DNA from: Candidatus Campbellbacteria bacterium GW2011_OD1_34_28
GTDB lineage: Bacteria; Patescibacteriota; Minisyncoccia; Phycocordibacterales; UBA12079
Reading direction: 5' to 3'
DNA: 64,000 bases
NCBI GenBank assembly: GCA_001029775.1
Contig: CP011215.1
Span: forward strand, 32,148 to 96,147
Positions 8,600-18,541 of this stretch are shown here, piece after piece. The notes below the pieces were generated by a model. It did no database searches. It was given only the letters and a program-made list of their open reading frames with translations, and was not told the origin of the DNA. The position numbers were made by a program, and so were the translations under genes. Within the stretch, counting starts at the first letter, position 1; each line of letters opens with the position of its first letter.

Positions 8600-11500
8600 C
8601 TATAAACTATCGACTGTCGTCGTAGCTGTCGGTTCTACCACAGGATCTGTTGTCGTTGCTGGTTCTGTTGTTACAGCTGTTGAATCTTCAACAAGTACTG
8701 TTCTTGTACTTGTTGAAGTATTTGTTCCATCAAACGCTGTGTAAGTAACTGTGTATTCTCCGGCGATTGTTGTGTCTACTATATCTAGGTCGTGAGTATC
8801 TACTATTAGAGAGTTTCCTTGGTAGTCTACTGCTGTAGCGCCTAGATCAATATAGTTGCTGTTTATTTCTACTACGGCTGGGTTGTTGCCTGTGATTGTT
8901 ATAACTGGTGCGATAGCATTCTGGATTGCTTCGCTATCGTTCGCAGAGACGGAAGATGTGTTAGAAGAAGTATCTGTGTTTTCCAACAAACTTCTCAACT
9001 GATCTTTGTTTATACACACATCATCGATACAAATTTCTTGTCTCGCTTTTATTTTATCCGCAACCAATTCTGTAACCGAAGCCAAAACATTTGAAATTCT
9101 TTCATCCAATGTGTTTATCAATTCTTGCATTGCTTTTACAATCACCGAAGTCAATTTTGGATAATCAAGGTTCATGATAGTACCTTTGTCGTCGTGTCCG
9201 ATGACTTCGGGAATTAACAAGTCAACTTCTTCTGCGATGAATCCGATTTGAGTAGATGATGAATTAATAAAGTCTGATTTCCAATTGAATGATACAGGGC
9301 GTAATTGGAGTACTGTGTCTAGACCGTATGTTAGATCGTTTATGTTTGTTTTGAATCTCTCTGATGATGCTCCACAGGCGGTTGTTGATGTGGCTAGTTC
9401 TCCGCTGGTTGATATACAAGCGTAATAACCTGTTCCGTCGTTGGTTAGACCGGTGAAAGCAGCTGTTCCGTTTACGGAAAGAGTTCTCCATGGGGTGGTG
9501 GTGCCGATGCCGACGTTGCCACCGAAATAGTTCGTGCCACCTTGCGAATATATAGAATAATTATTTGAAGATCCTTTATTTGGAGTTTCTATGTATAGCT
9601 GATATTGATTGGCAAGGACACTGGCGCCTCCATTTTCATAATTATTAAGATAGATATTGTAAGCATTCGTCACATTACCAGACGATCCCCAAACGCCAGA
9701 ACCGGCTTCAGAATATATTCCATAGATATTGCCAATGTTAGCGGTGGATCCGGACATAGCTCCGCCATAAGCTGCTACTTTCATACCGTATATATTTGAT
9801 ATATTTGATACTCCTGCATTTTCCAATCCTGAAGCGGCAAAACCACTTGATTCTGTTCCAATTATAGTTGTCACATCTCCATTTCCATAGAAAGTTCCCT
9901 TGTTAACGGATCCCTTAATTTCTTGGGTATCGCCGGAACCATAAACTCTGGCATCAGAAAATGCTCCATAAACCCAATTAATATTACCATTTCCATCATG
10001 ATATGCTGTTGTTCTAATTCCTTGCATTCCTGAACTAGAAAAATTCGTATTATCTCCAAAAGGTGTTGAAATAGCATTATTAATACCAATACCTTGTCCT
10101 TCTTTTTCAATGCTCAGCTTCCCCAACGGACTCATCGTCCCCACACCCACATTCCCATTATTCAACACAGCAAACAAAGAAGTGGTTGCACTCGCTGTAG
10201 AGCTGGCGATATTGAACAAAGTTGTGTTTGTTTCTCCGTTGTTTGCGTGGATTGATAGTTTTGCAAAAGGTGAGGTGGTGCCGATGCCTATTTTGCCACT
10301 TGATAGAGTCGTTCCCGTTCCATTTATTCCTGTTCCAAAAATTAAGTTTCCAATGTTTAATTGATTTGAGGCGGTGGCAGAAGGAGCATCAACATCGTAA
10401 CCTATAACAAGGTTGTTTGATCCTGTTGTTAAATTATTACCTGCTTGGTATCCAAGAAAAATATTATTTGAACCAGAAACCAATGAACCTGCATTGTATC
10501 CAATACCAACACTCCTAGAAGGTGATCCCCCATAAGCCAAGGAATTTATGCCAATAGCGACATTATAACTTCCTGTACTGTTGTTATATAATACTGAATC
10601 TCCTATTCCAACGTTAGAAGCTCCTGTAGTATTTGAATAAAGTGACATATCTCCCACAGCGCTGTTCAATCCGCCTGTTGTATTTGAAACCAAAGATTCT
10701 GTTCCGAGAGCAATATTATAACCTCCGGAAATATTTGCATACAAAGACATTGATCCGCTTGCTATGTTACGAGAACCACCAATATTTGAAAATAAAGCAT
10801 AAGATCCTGAGGCTATATTATTATTTCCAGTCGTATTTGAATAAAGGGATGTGTATCCGCTGGCAACATTGTTGTATCCTTCGGTATTGAAATGCAAAGA
10901 CTTGTACCCAAAAGAAGCATTGAGATAGCCTGTCGTATTTGAATATAGCGACTGATATCCTACCGCTGCGTTTCTATAACCAGAAGTATTTGAACGCAAT
11001 GACTGATAACCAATACCAACATTATAATTATCTGTTAGATCATCACTTCTTCCAGCCTCATATCCAAAATAAGTAGAACCACCCAAACCGGTTTGAGAAA
11101 CCCTTCCATACACGGATAACTTTGCTCCTGCGTTTTCTGAGGTTGTTGTTCCAATACTAACTCTATTATTTACTGAATCAATAACCAGAGTATCTGTATC
11201 AAAAACAGCACTGTCTATTGTCAAATTTGAAATATTTCCGTTAGTAAAGTTTAATTCTGTTCCTGAAACATTTGAGGTGCTAATGTTTGAATCATAAATT
11301 TCAACCCCACCCAAATTATCTATATCGTTGGTAGCAGAGATCACTTGATATGTGTTGGTGATTTGAGCATTTGTATTTGATGAGAGTTTGTAGATTTCAC
11401 TTCTTAATTCGTTGTTTAGTTTTTGAAGATCTTCCAGTGTGACGCCTGGTGTTTGGATTACTCTTTCTACTACGGTTTCTTTTATTATTTCTCTGATTGG

Positions 11501-11869
11501 GTTTGTAACGATGGTGGTGGTCTTTGGGGTTGCGGGAACTGAAGGAACATTTTCCGAGATCTCACCTCTGTCCGCTTCGCTCTCCGAGGAAAGACCTCGG
11601 GAAATTTCGTCTTCGTTTGTGCTATTGGTTGTTAGCTGTCCACTGTCAGCTGTTTCTTCAGCGGAGCTGAAAAAACCCGAGATTGTTCTGTATACATAAA
11701 CAGCCGTCTTTTCAACGGTGTTCAAATTGGAAATATTTTGAACTTCACTCGCTTCAACTTTTTGTAGAAAAAGTAAATTATCATCATTTGCTAGAAAACC
11801 ACCTCCCAACATCAACATAACGGCAAATACGATAAAAAACTGTTTTATAAATTTATCAATAAGATTCAT
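8600..11869 (-). CDS. Large surface fibre protein A (N-terminal TM, 16-aa beta repeats, GNVGIGT modules, peptidase S74 chaperone, DUF5011)
   Basis: N-terminal hydrophobic helix; YNxAxGYxSLxSNTTG repeats; SSERFKTNI..L..GL..V..LRPVSFNWK...GFIAEEV (S74); PVITITGNNP...YIDLGATA.D...GEYTVTY (DUF5011). Confidence 0.8.
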   Translation of the reverse strand: MNLIDKFIKQFFIVFAVMLMLGGGFLANDDNLLFLQKVEASEVQNISNLNTVEKTAVYVYRTISGFFSSAEETADSGQLTTNSTNEDEISRGLSSESEADRGEISENVPSVPATPKTTTIVTNPIREIIKETVVERVIQTPGVTLEDLQKLNNELRSEIYKLSSNTNAQITNTYQVISATNDIDNLGGVEIYDSNISTSNVSGTELNFTNGNISNLTIDSAVFDTDTLVIDSVNNRVSIGTTTSENAGAKLSVYGRVSQTGLGGSTYFGYEAGRSDDLTDNYNVGIGYQSLRSNTSGYRNAAVGYQSLYSNTTGYLNASFGYKSLHFNTEGYNNVASGYTSLYSNTTGNNNIASGSYALFSNIGGSRNIASGSMSLYANISGGYNIALGTESLVSNTTGGLNSAVGDMSLYSNTTGASNVGIGDSVLYNNSTGSYNVAIGINSLAYGGSPSRSVGIGYNAGSLVSGSNNIFLGYQAGNNLTTGSNNLVIGYDVDAPSATASNQLNIGNLIFGTGINGTGTTLSSGKIGIGTTSPFAKLSIHANNGETNTTLFNIASSTASATTSLFAVLNNGNVGVGTMSPLGKLSIEKEGQGIGINNAISTPFGDNTNFSSSGMQGIRTTAYHDGNGNINWVYGAFSDARVYGSGDTQEIKGSVNKGTFYGNGDVTTIIGTESSGFAASGLENAGVSNISNIYGMKVAAYGGAMSGSTANIGNIYGIYSEAGSGVWGSSGNVTNAYNIYLNNYENGGASVLANQYQLYIETPNKGSSNNYSIYSQGGTNYFGGNVGIGTTTPWRTLSVNGTAAFTGLTNDGTGYYACISTSGELATSTTACGASSERFKTNINDLTYGLDTVLQLRPVSFNWKSDFINSSSTQIGFIAEEVDLLIPEVIGHDDKGTIMNLDYPKLTSVIVKAMQELINTLDERISNVLASVTELVADKIKARQEICIDDVCINKDQLRSLLENTDTSSNTSSVSANDSEAIQNAIAPVITITGNNPAVVEINSNYIDLGATAVDYQGNSLIVDTHDLDIVDTTIAGEYTVTYTAFDGTNTSTSTRTVLVEDSTAVTTEPATTTDPVVEPTATTTVDSL

Positions 11870-11956
11870 TAATATTTAAAGTTATTATTTAATATTATTA
11901 TAGTAATAATAACACAATAGATAATGAAAAATATTATAAAGACTGTGGATTTCTTT

Positions 11957-12046
11957 CTATTTATATAGACCTGTCAATTTTTTAACCAAAAAATCTGACA
12001 AAGACTTTAAATATTCATCGTCATAAACAAAGACAACATTCTCACA
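11957..12046 (-). pseudogene. Duplicated 3' end of obgE (direct repeat of about 18900-18995)
   Basis: 11958-12029 matches 18901-18972 with 3 mismatches in 72 bp by manual alignment, then continues after a short indel. Confidence 0.9.
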
Positions 12047-12076
12047 GAAAAAGAGGATTTTCGTCTGCATTATTCC

Positions 12077-15000
12077 CTATTGACTATCAACTACCGGTTC
12101 CGTCGTTGTAGCTACAGAATCTAGACTATCGACTATTGCCTCTTCAACAAGTACTATTCTCGTACTTGTTGAAGTCAGTGTTCCATCAAACGCTGTGTAA
12201 GTAACTGTGTATTCTCCTGCTGTTGTTGTGTCTACTGTATCTGCGTCTATTGTATCTACTATTAGAGAGTTTCCTTGATAGTCTACTGCTGTAGCGCCTA
12301 GATCAATATAGTTGCTGTTTATTTCTACTACGGCTGGGTTGTTGCCTGTGATTGTTATTGTGGGAGGAGTGGTGTTTGAAGGTTCTGCTGTTGGCTGTTG
12401 GCTGTTGGCTGTATTAGTGTTATCAACACCCTCTAAAGCATTCAATCTAGCTTCCAATTCATTCAATCTATTTTCAAGACCAGAAACTTTTGCGATCAAT
12501 TCTTGTGTCTTGTTCCAAATTTCCTTAATCGCATTTACCAAAACCGAAGTCAGCTTTGGATAATCAAGGTTCATGATAGTACCTTTGTCGTCGTGTCCGA
12601 TAACTTCGGGAATTAACAAGTCAACTTCTTCTGCGATGAATCCGATTTGAGTAGATGATGAATTAATAAAGTCTGATTTCCAGTTGAAAGATACAGGGCG
12701 TAGTTGAAGGACTGTGTCTAGACCGTATGTTAGATCGTTGATGTTTGTTTTAAATCTTTCTGACGATGCTCCACAAGCGGTTGTTGATGTGGCTAGTTCT
12801 CCTGTTCCAGCGTTGGCACAGACATAATAGCCAGTGCCGTTGTTAGCAAGACTTTGAAACGCTACTGTTCCATCTACGGTTAGTTTGTAATTTGGAGTAG
12901 TTGAACCGATTCCGATGTTGCCGGTTGAGATGGTTGTGCCGTTTCCATCTATACCTGTCCCAAAGATTAGATTTCCAATTGTCATTGTGTTATTACTTGT
13001 TGCCGTTGGTGAATCAATGTTGTAACCAATAACTATGTTGTTGTCTCCCGTTGTTAAGGTCTCTCCAGCCTGATAGCCAAGTAATATATTATTATCTCCT
13101 GTCGTTAAATTAACCCCAGATCGATACCCAATAATAACACCCCCCTGATTGTAGGATACTGTGCTAACACCTTGACCGGCTTGATAACCGATCGCAACAG
13201 TAGAAGTAGCTGATCCATTATATCGATTTGCCTGAGTACCTATTGCCACATTTGAAGAACCTGTTCGATTACTACGAAGAGATTCAGACCCAATTGAAGT
13301 ATTGTAAGTTCCTGTAGTATTTAAAGACAGCGAATCATATCCGAGAGCGCTATTATAATTTCCTGTGGTGTTATTAGTTAAAGAAAAACCGGCGGCCATA
13401 TTATAAGAACCTGTTGTATTTGCACCCATGCTTAAACCTCCAACGGCTGTATTATAAATTCCTGTTGTATTGACATCCAAGGCACCAGCTCCAACCGCGG
13501 TATTATAATAACCTGTAGTATTGGCTTTCAATGCTTGATAGCCTACAGCAGTATTACTACTACTTGTTGTTGCTAAATAAAGTGCTTCGTAACCCAAAGC
13601 GGTGTTATTTAGAGCACCACTCAACAAAGCGTTTCCTGCTCCAATACCGACAGAAACAGAACGACTGGTTGAAGAGGCAAAAAGTATTTTGCTTCCCCCA
13701 ATAGAATATCCTCCATTTGTTGTATCTGTAGAATTAAATGCTGTTGCAGAAATCGATGAGGTTGCTGTTAAACTATTGACGGTTAAATCACCAGATATCC
13801 ACGCACTACCTTCTACACTCAACTTTCTGAAAGGTGAGGTGGTGCCGATGCCCACATTCCCCTTCAAAGCCGTAGTTGTGATACTGTCATTTCCAAGAAC
13901 AACAGAGTTGCTTCCTACTCCTGTGGCATCGTAACCGATTACAATTTCGTTTTGGTCATTGTCAGCAAGGGCTTTGGTGTTGTAGCCTAAGAATGTATTG
14001 TAGTCTCCTGTTGTGTTACCTGTTGAGCCGTTGGCAATGTAGCGACCTGCATTGTATCCAAAGGCTATATTATAATGACCTGTGGAGTTAGCATAGAGAG
14101 AAGAATAACCAACTGCAGTGTTATACATACCCGTAGAGTTGGCATAAAGAGAAGTGTACCCACTTGCAGTGTTGTATCTGCCTGAAGTGTTTGAAAAGAG
14201 AGATTCATAACCACTTGCAGTGTTGTGATAACCGGAGGTGTTGGACTGAAGAGAAGAATATCCAATCGCGGTGTTGTGATAACCGGTGTTGTTGTTATAC
14301 ATAGAGCTACCACCATAAGCAGTATTACGGTAACCTGTGGTATTAAGGTATAAAGTAAAAATTCCACTTGCGGTGTTACCATAACCAGTATTATTGGTGA
14401 AAAGAGCATTAACACCATTTGCAGTGTTAAAGTAACCTAGAGTATTTGCATAAAGAGCACGGTAACCTGTTGCGGTGTTATAACTGCCATGACTTGCGCT
14501 TGTCGCCGTGCTACCCATCGTAAGATTTCCCGCTTCTTCTCCCACAAAAGTATTCTGTCCTGTTGTCGTCACAGTTCCGTTGTTTCCATAATTGAAATTA
14601 TGAATGAAACTTGTTCCGTTTTTTGAGATTACCCCGTATTGATTTGTATTAGTGGTGTTGTCCAAATTCAAATTACCTTGATAGATATCGAGTTTTGCAG
14701 AAGGAGTCATTGTTCCTATTCCTGTATACCCAGAAGGGCCAGCAAAAAAAGAAATGAAATCTTGAACTCCATCGTTTGTTCCTATTAAAACACTATTGGC
14801 AATATTATTATTTAAAGAACCTCCTCCTGATCCACTATAGCCAAAACCTATAGTAATTGATTTCGTCGCCGAAGCCTTCGCTGTGCCTCCTAAAACAACT
14901 GAATACTGACCGGCAGCTGTTGCCCCTCCTTTTCCAAAAACAGAAGAATACTGCCCACTAGCAATACCTGAACCAACAACAATAGACCCTTCACCTGTTG

Positions 15001-18000
15001 CACTACTACTTTCTCCTAATGCTATGGATTTCCATCCACTTGCAGAACCATTAATCATGGAAACATTAACGCCACCAGAAGAGTTAACCTTAAATCCATT
15101 AGACACTTCTAGTTTGGCTGTCGGACTCGCCGTCCCAATGCCCACATTCCCCGTACTCCTATCCACCACCAATTTGTTTGTTCCCACAGCAAAACCACCA
15201 GCAAAAGTAGAAGTTGCTGTTGTTGAAGTTGCGTTGAAATAGTCGGCAACGACATCTCCGACAACGGAAAGTTTTGCGAAAGGTGAGGTGGTGCCGATGC
15301 CGACATTTCCTCCTAAAAACACCCCTGCATAATTGTTGATTGCTCCTGTAGAAGCATTCACCAATAACCCGTAGGCATTTGTTACTACGGCTTGGCTTGT
15401 GCTCACTGGTTTAGTTGGCACAAGAATACTATAAGCATTTGTAATAGAAACATTTGCACTTGTGCTTTTCCAAGGCCATGCGGTGACTAAACTTGCTGCT
15501 TCTGTAACCACTTGATTTGCAGTAGTGCTATACAGTTGCATATTACCCAATTTAGTTCCGTATATTGTATCGTAAGTCGTTGGATCAGAACCAGATAGAG
15601 TTACAAGATGATCACGCAATGTTATTCCCGTAACGCCCGAAGATGTCAATGTGGTGACGGGATTAATATCAAGAAATGATGCAGGGGCGGTAGTATTGAT
15701 TCCTAAATATCCAGATGAATTTATTCTTGCTCTTTCAAATGTATTAGCTGAACTACTTGTTGTCCAAAAACTAAGGTATCCCTGTGCATTTCCACCGGTC
15801 GAATTTTCCTTTGCTCCTTTTATTGAACCAAAAGTCCAAAAACCAGTTGAACCGGAGTATACACCACCCAATCCGATGCTTCCCCCTTTATTAATCGCGT
15901 TTGTATCAGTAGACATTACAAGCATATTACCGGCATATTGGTCATTGCTACCCAATACTAAATCGCTTCCACGTATATCAAGCGTACGCTGTGGGTTTAT
16001 CGTACCAAGGCCCACAACAGGTGTCGCGAGGTTAATATTTGAAGTCAAGCCATTAACAACCAATCCTGAAAACTGAGGAGAATCAGTCGTTCGCAGACTC
16101 TGGCTCAATGAGACATTGCCACCACTAATTGAGAGATTTCTGACAGTTTCATTTTTAATCCAAGTGGTCCCTATATATATTGAATTTGCTAAAGCAATAT
16201 ACCCGGTCGGAGTTAGATGCAAATAATCAGCGAGAGCATACGAGGCAAGAAGGGTGTCAGGATTGGTTGGATCTTCGAGCGCAGAATAAGCATCTATCCT
16301 ATAGTCAACATCGGATGCCATGTTAAGTATCCAATTATTAACATCTTCTAAAACTACCTGACGAGCTTCCGTCCATGAAGTGCTAGTTTTAAACGGAGTA
16401 ATCGTAACAGCCACAACCTTAGATCCGTTGGCGTTAGCCGCAGTGTACATAGCTTGTAAATTACTTTCAATAGTGGCGGCAGATGCGTTTGCTGCTATAT
16501 CATTTATACCTCCCAGGATAATTACATATTCAGCATCGTCAACTACTACATCACCAGAAAAACGCGCTGCCATTTGTGTAGTAGTATTGCCTCCAACGCC
16601 TTTGCTATTCACATTCCATAATGCCCCCAGTAAATCAGCCAATGCACTTCCATAGTTTGTTAAGCTATCACCTATAGCATATACTTGATGAGTTTGAAGA
16701 ATGTTCACTTTATTCAGAGAAATATCTCCGTTTACATCAAACTTCGCTCCCGGACTCTCCGTCCCCACCCCCACATTCCCTGTAGAATAATCAACAACAA
16801 ATTTGTTTGTTCCAACAGCCAAACCTCCTGCAAATGTAGAAGTTGCTGTGGCTGATGTTGCTGTAAAGTAAGGGGCAGAAATTGAACTTGTGGCAGTAAT
16901 TGAATTAGCGGTTAAATCACCACTGATCCACGCATTACCTTCTACACTCAACTTTCTGAAAGGTGAAGTCGTCCCAATCCCAACATTTCCACTTGCTCTC
17001 CAAACATCTGTTCCGTTGGATGTCCAATTACCAACGGCTGAACCTGATAAAAGATTACCACCCCAGTATAAATCATTGGAGATGTTGTAAAGTCTGTCGG
17101 TTGTGATTGATGGAGCTGATATTGGTGCAAGGTATGTTGCTCCGTTTACTGAAAGAGTATCTGAAGGTGTTGTTGATCCGATGCCTACACGGTTGTTGAT
17201 TGAATCGATGTAAAGAGTGTCTGTGTCAAAGATTGTGTCTCCTGATACGGTAAGAGTGTTTAGAGTGGTGTTGCCTGTTACAGTTAGATTGCCAGAGTAT
17301 GTTCCACTGGTTGCAGAAATAGGGCCACCGTATGTAGAGGTAGCTGTGCCTGTGACAGTTAGGTTTTGAATTGTTCCGTTGGTAAAGCTTAGTTCTGTTC
17401 CTGAGACATTTGAGGAACTGATGTTTGAGTCGGTGATTGTGACACTACCCAGATTGTCGATGTTGTTAGTAGCAGAGATTACTTGGTAGGTGTTGGTGAT
17501 TTGAGCATTTGTATTTGAAGAGAGTTTGTAGATTTCACTTCTCAGTTCGTTGTTTAGTTTTTGAAGATCTTCCAGTGTGATGCCGGATGTTTGGATTACT
17601 CTTTCTACAACAACTTCTTTGATTATTTCTCTGATTGGGTTTGTAACGATGGTGGTGGTCTTTGGAGTTGCGGGAACTGAAGGAACATTTTCCGAGATCT
17701 CGCCTCTGTCCGCTTCGCTCTCCGAGGAAAGACCTCGAGAAATTTCGTCTTCGTTTGTGCTATTGGTTGTTAGCTGTCCGCTGTCAGCTTCGTCAACGCT
17801 ATCAGCTGTTGGCTGTAAGCTATCAGCTTCGTTACTAAACAAATTATTAACAAACTTATACCAAACAATCGCAAACTGTTCCACAGGACTTGCTGTTTCG
17901 TAGACTGCTAAAGCTAGGTTGTTTACACCCGTCTTCGCGAACGAAGTGAAGCGACCTGCCTCGCCGGCAGGCAGGTCCATGTCGTCCGTTTTCTGGATTG

Positions 18001-18541
18001 CTTCGTCATAAACTCCTCGCAAAGACGACGAACCAGAGACAATTTTGTTTTTTAATCCATCTAAATAATCTAAAAAGTCTTGTGTATATGTATCTACTGT
18101 TTTTACATTTTTACTGTCTTTTATTTCTTTGATGGGAGAATTGTCATTGCTATCAAGAATTTGTGTTTTGAACAAATCTCTTTTTTCTGCACCAACTTTG
18201 TATGTTATTTCTTTTGTGTTTTTTACCGCAGAAAAAACAGCCTCCCCTGTTTTGTTGAGTTGGTTTAATATGTCTCCTGAAAAGTAACCTGCTCCGATTA
18301 AGAGAATCGCTAAAACAGCCGTTGACAATGCTCTCACTGGCAAAATCATCGGCTTGTTTGTTTTGTTTTTATATTCAAAAAGTTTTTCTAATTCAACAAA
18401 ATATTCCCCTTCTACCTTTGTAAAATCTATCTTTTCTTCACGGCACAGGTCTTTAATATGTTCTTCATCCAATTCTATGATTTTTGTCGCTTTTTTTGTT
18501 GAAAGATACCTTTTGCCATTTAAAAATATCTCACTTTGCAT
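12077..18541 (-). CDS. Giant surface fibre protein B (N-terminal HTH-like domain, TM, GNVGIGT modules, SGNH hydrolase, beta repeats, S74 chaperone, DUF5011)
   Basis: Paralog of 8600-11869. SGNH blocks AIGDSLT, GVGGNTT, LGGIND, DYLHLT. S74 and DUF5011 at the C-terminus. Start placed at MQSEIF (ORF track begins at 18589). Confidence 0.8.
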   Translation of the reverse strand: MQSEIFLNGKRYLSTKKATKIIELDEEHIKDLCREEKIDFTKVEGEYFVELEKLFEYKNKTNKPMILPVRALSTAVLAILLIGAGYFSGDILNQLNKTGEAVFSAVKNTKEITYKVGAEKRDLFKTQILDSNDNSPIKEIKDSKNVKTVDTYTQDFLDYLDGLKNKIVSGSSSLRGVYDEAIQKTDDMDLPAGEAGRFTSFAKTGVNNLALAVYETASPVEQFAIVWYKFVNNLFSNEADSLQPTADSVDEADSGQLTTNSTNEDEISRGLSSESEADRGEISENVPSVPATPKTTTIVTNPIREIIKEVVVERVIQTSGITLEDLQKLNNELRSEIYKLSSNTNAQITNTYQVISATNNIDNLGSVTITDSNISSSNVSGTELSFTNGTIQNLTVTGTATSTYGGPISATSGTYSGNLTVTGNTTLNTLTVSGDTIFDTDTLYIDSINNRVGIGSTTPSDTLSVNGATYLAPISAPSITTDRLYNISNDLYWGGNLLSGSAVGNWTSNGTDVWRASGNVGIGTTSPFRKLSVEGNAWISGDLTANSITATSSISAPYFTATSATATSTFAGGLAVGTNKFVVDYSTGNVGVGTESPGAKFDVNGDISLNKVNILQTHQVYAIGDSLTNYGSALADLLGALWNVNSKGVGGNTTTQMAARFSGDVVVDDAEYVIILGGINDIAANASAATIESNLQAMYTAANANGSKVVAVTITPFKTSTSWTEARQVVLEDVNNWILNMASDVDYRIDAYSALEDPTNPDTLLASYALADYLHLTPTGYIALANSIYIGTTWIKNETVRNLSISGGNVSLSQSLRTTDSPQFSGLVVNGLTSNINLATPVVGLGTINPQRTLDIRGSDLVLGSNDQYAGNMLVMSTDTNAINKGGSIGLGGVYSGSTGFWTFGSIKGAKENSTGGNAQGYLSFWTTSSSANTFERARINSSGYLGINTTAPASFLDINPVTTLTSSGVTGITLRDHLVTLSGSDPTTYDTIYGTKLGNMQLYSTTANQVVTEAASLVTAWPWKSTSANVSITNAYSILVPTKPVSTSQAVVTNAYGLLVNASTGAINNYAGVFLGGNVGIGTTSPFAKLSVVGDVVADYFNATSTTATSTFAGGFAVGTNKLVVDRSTGNVGIGTASPTAKLEVSNGFKVNSSGGVNVSMINGSASGWKSIALGESSSATGEGSIVVGSGIASGQYSSVFGKGGATAAGQYSVVLGGTAKASATKSITIGFGYSGSGGGSLNNNIANSVLIGTNDGVQDFISFFAGPSGYTGIGTMTPSAKLDIYQGNLNLDNTTNTNQYGVISKNGTSFIHNFNYGNNGTVTTTGQNTFVGEEAGNLTMGSTATSASHGSYNTATGYRALYANTLGYFNTANGVNALFTNNTGYGNTASGIFTLYLNTTGYRNTAYGGSSMYNNNTGYHNTAIGYSSLQSNTSGYHNTASGYESLFSNTSGRYNTASGYTSLYANSTGMYNTAVGYSSLYANSTGHYNIAFGYNAGRYIANGSTGNTTGDYNTFLGYNTKALADNDQNEIVIGYDATGVGSNSVVLGNDSITTTALKGNVGIGTTSPFRKLSVEGSAWISGDLTVNSLTATSSISATAFNSTDTTNGGYSIGGSKILFASSTSRSVSVGIGAGNALLSGALNNTALGYEALYLATTSSSNTAVGYQALKANTTGYYNTAVGAGALDVNTTGIYNTAVGGLSMGANTTGSYNMAAGFSLTNNTTGNYNSALGYDSLSLNTTGTYNTSIGSESLRSNRTGSSNVAIGTQANRYNGSATSTVAIGYQAGQGVSTVSYNQGGVIIGYRSGVNLTTGDNNILLGYQAGETLTTGDNNIVIGYNIDSPTATSNNTMTIGNLIFGTGIDGNGTTISTGNIGIGSTTPNYKLTVDGTVAFQSLANNGTGYYVCANAGTGELATSTTACGASSERFKTNINDLTYGLDTVLQLRPVSFNWKSDFINSSSTQIGFIAEEVDLLIPEVIGHDDKGTIMNLDYPKLTSVLVNAIKEIWNKTQELIAKVSGLENRLNELEARLNALEGVDNTNTANSQQPTAEPSNTTPPTITITGNNPAVVEINSNYIDLGATAVDYQGNSLIVDTIDADTVDTTTAGEYTVTYTAFDGTLTSTSTRIVLVEEAIVDSLDSVATTTEPVVDSQ
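14060..14485 (-). repeat. 48-bp coding tandem repeats (16-aa YNTAxGYxSLxxNTxG)
   Basis: About 8 units visible in both protein and DNA (recurring GC(A/G)GTGTT). Confidence 0.75.

Noticed and set aside
9140-12800. Diversity-generating retroelement TR/VR pair
   Set aside because: Both repeat copies are coding, the differences look mostly synonymous rather than adenine-specific, and no reverse transcriptase is in the window.
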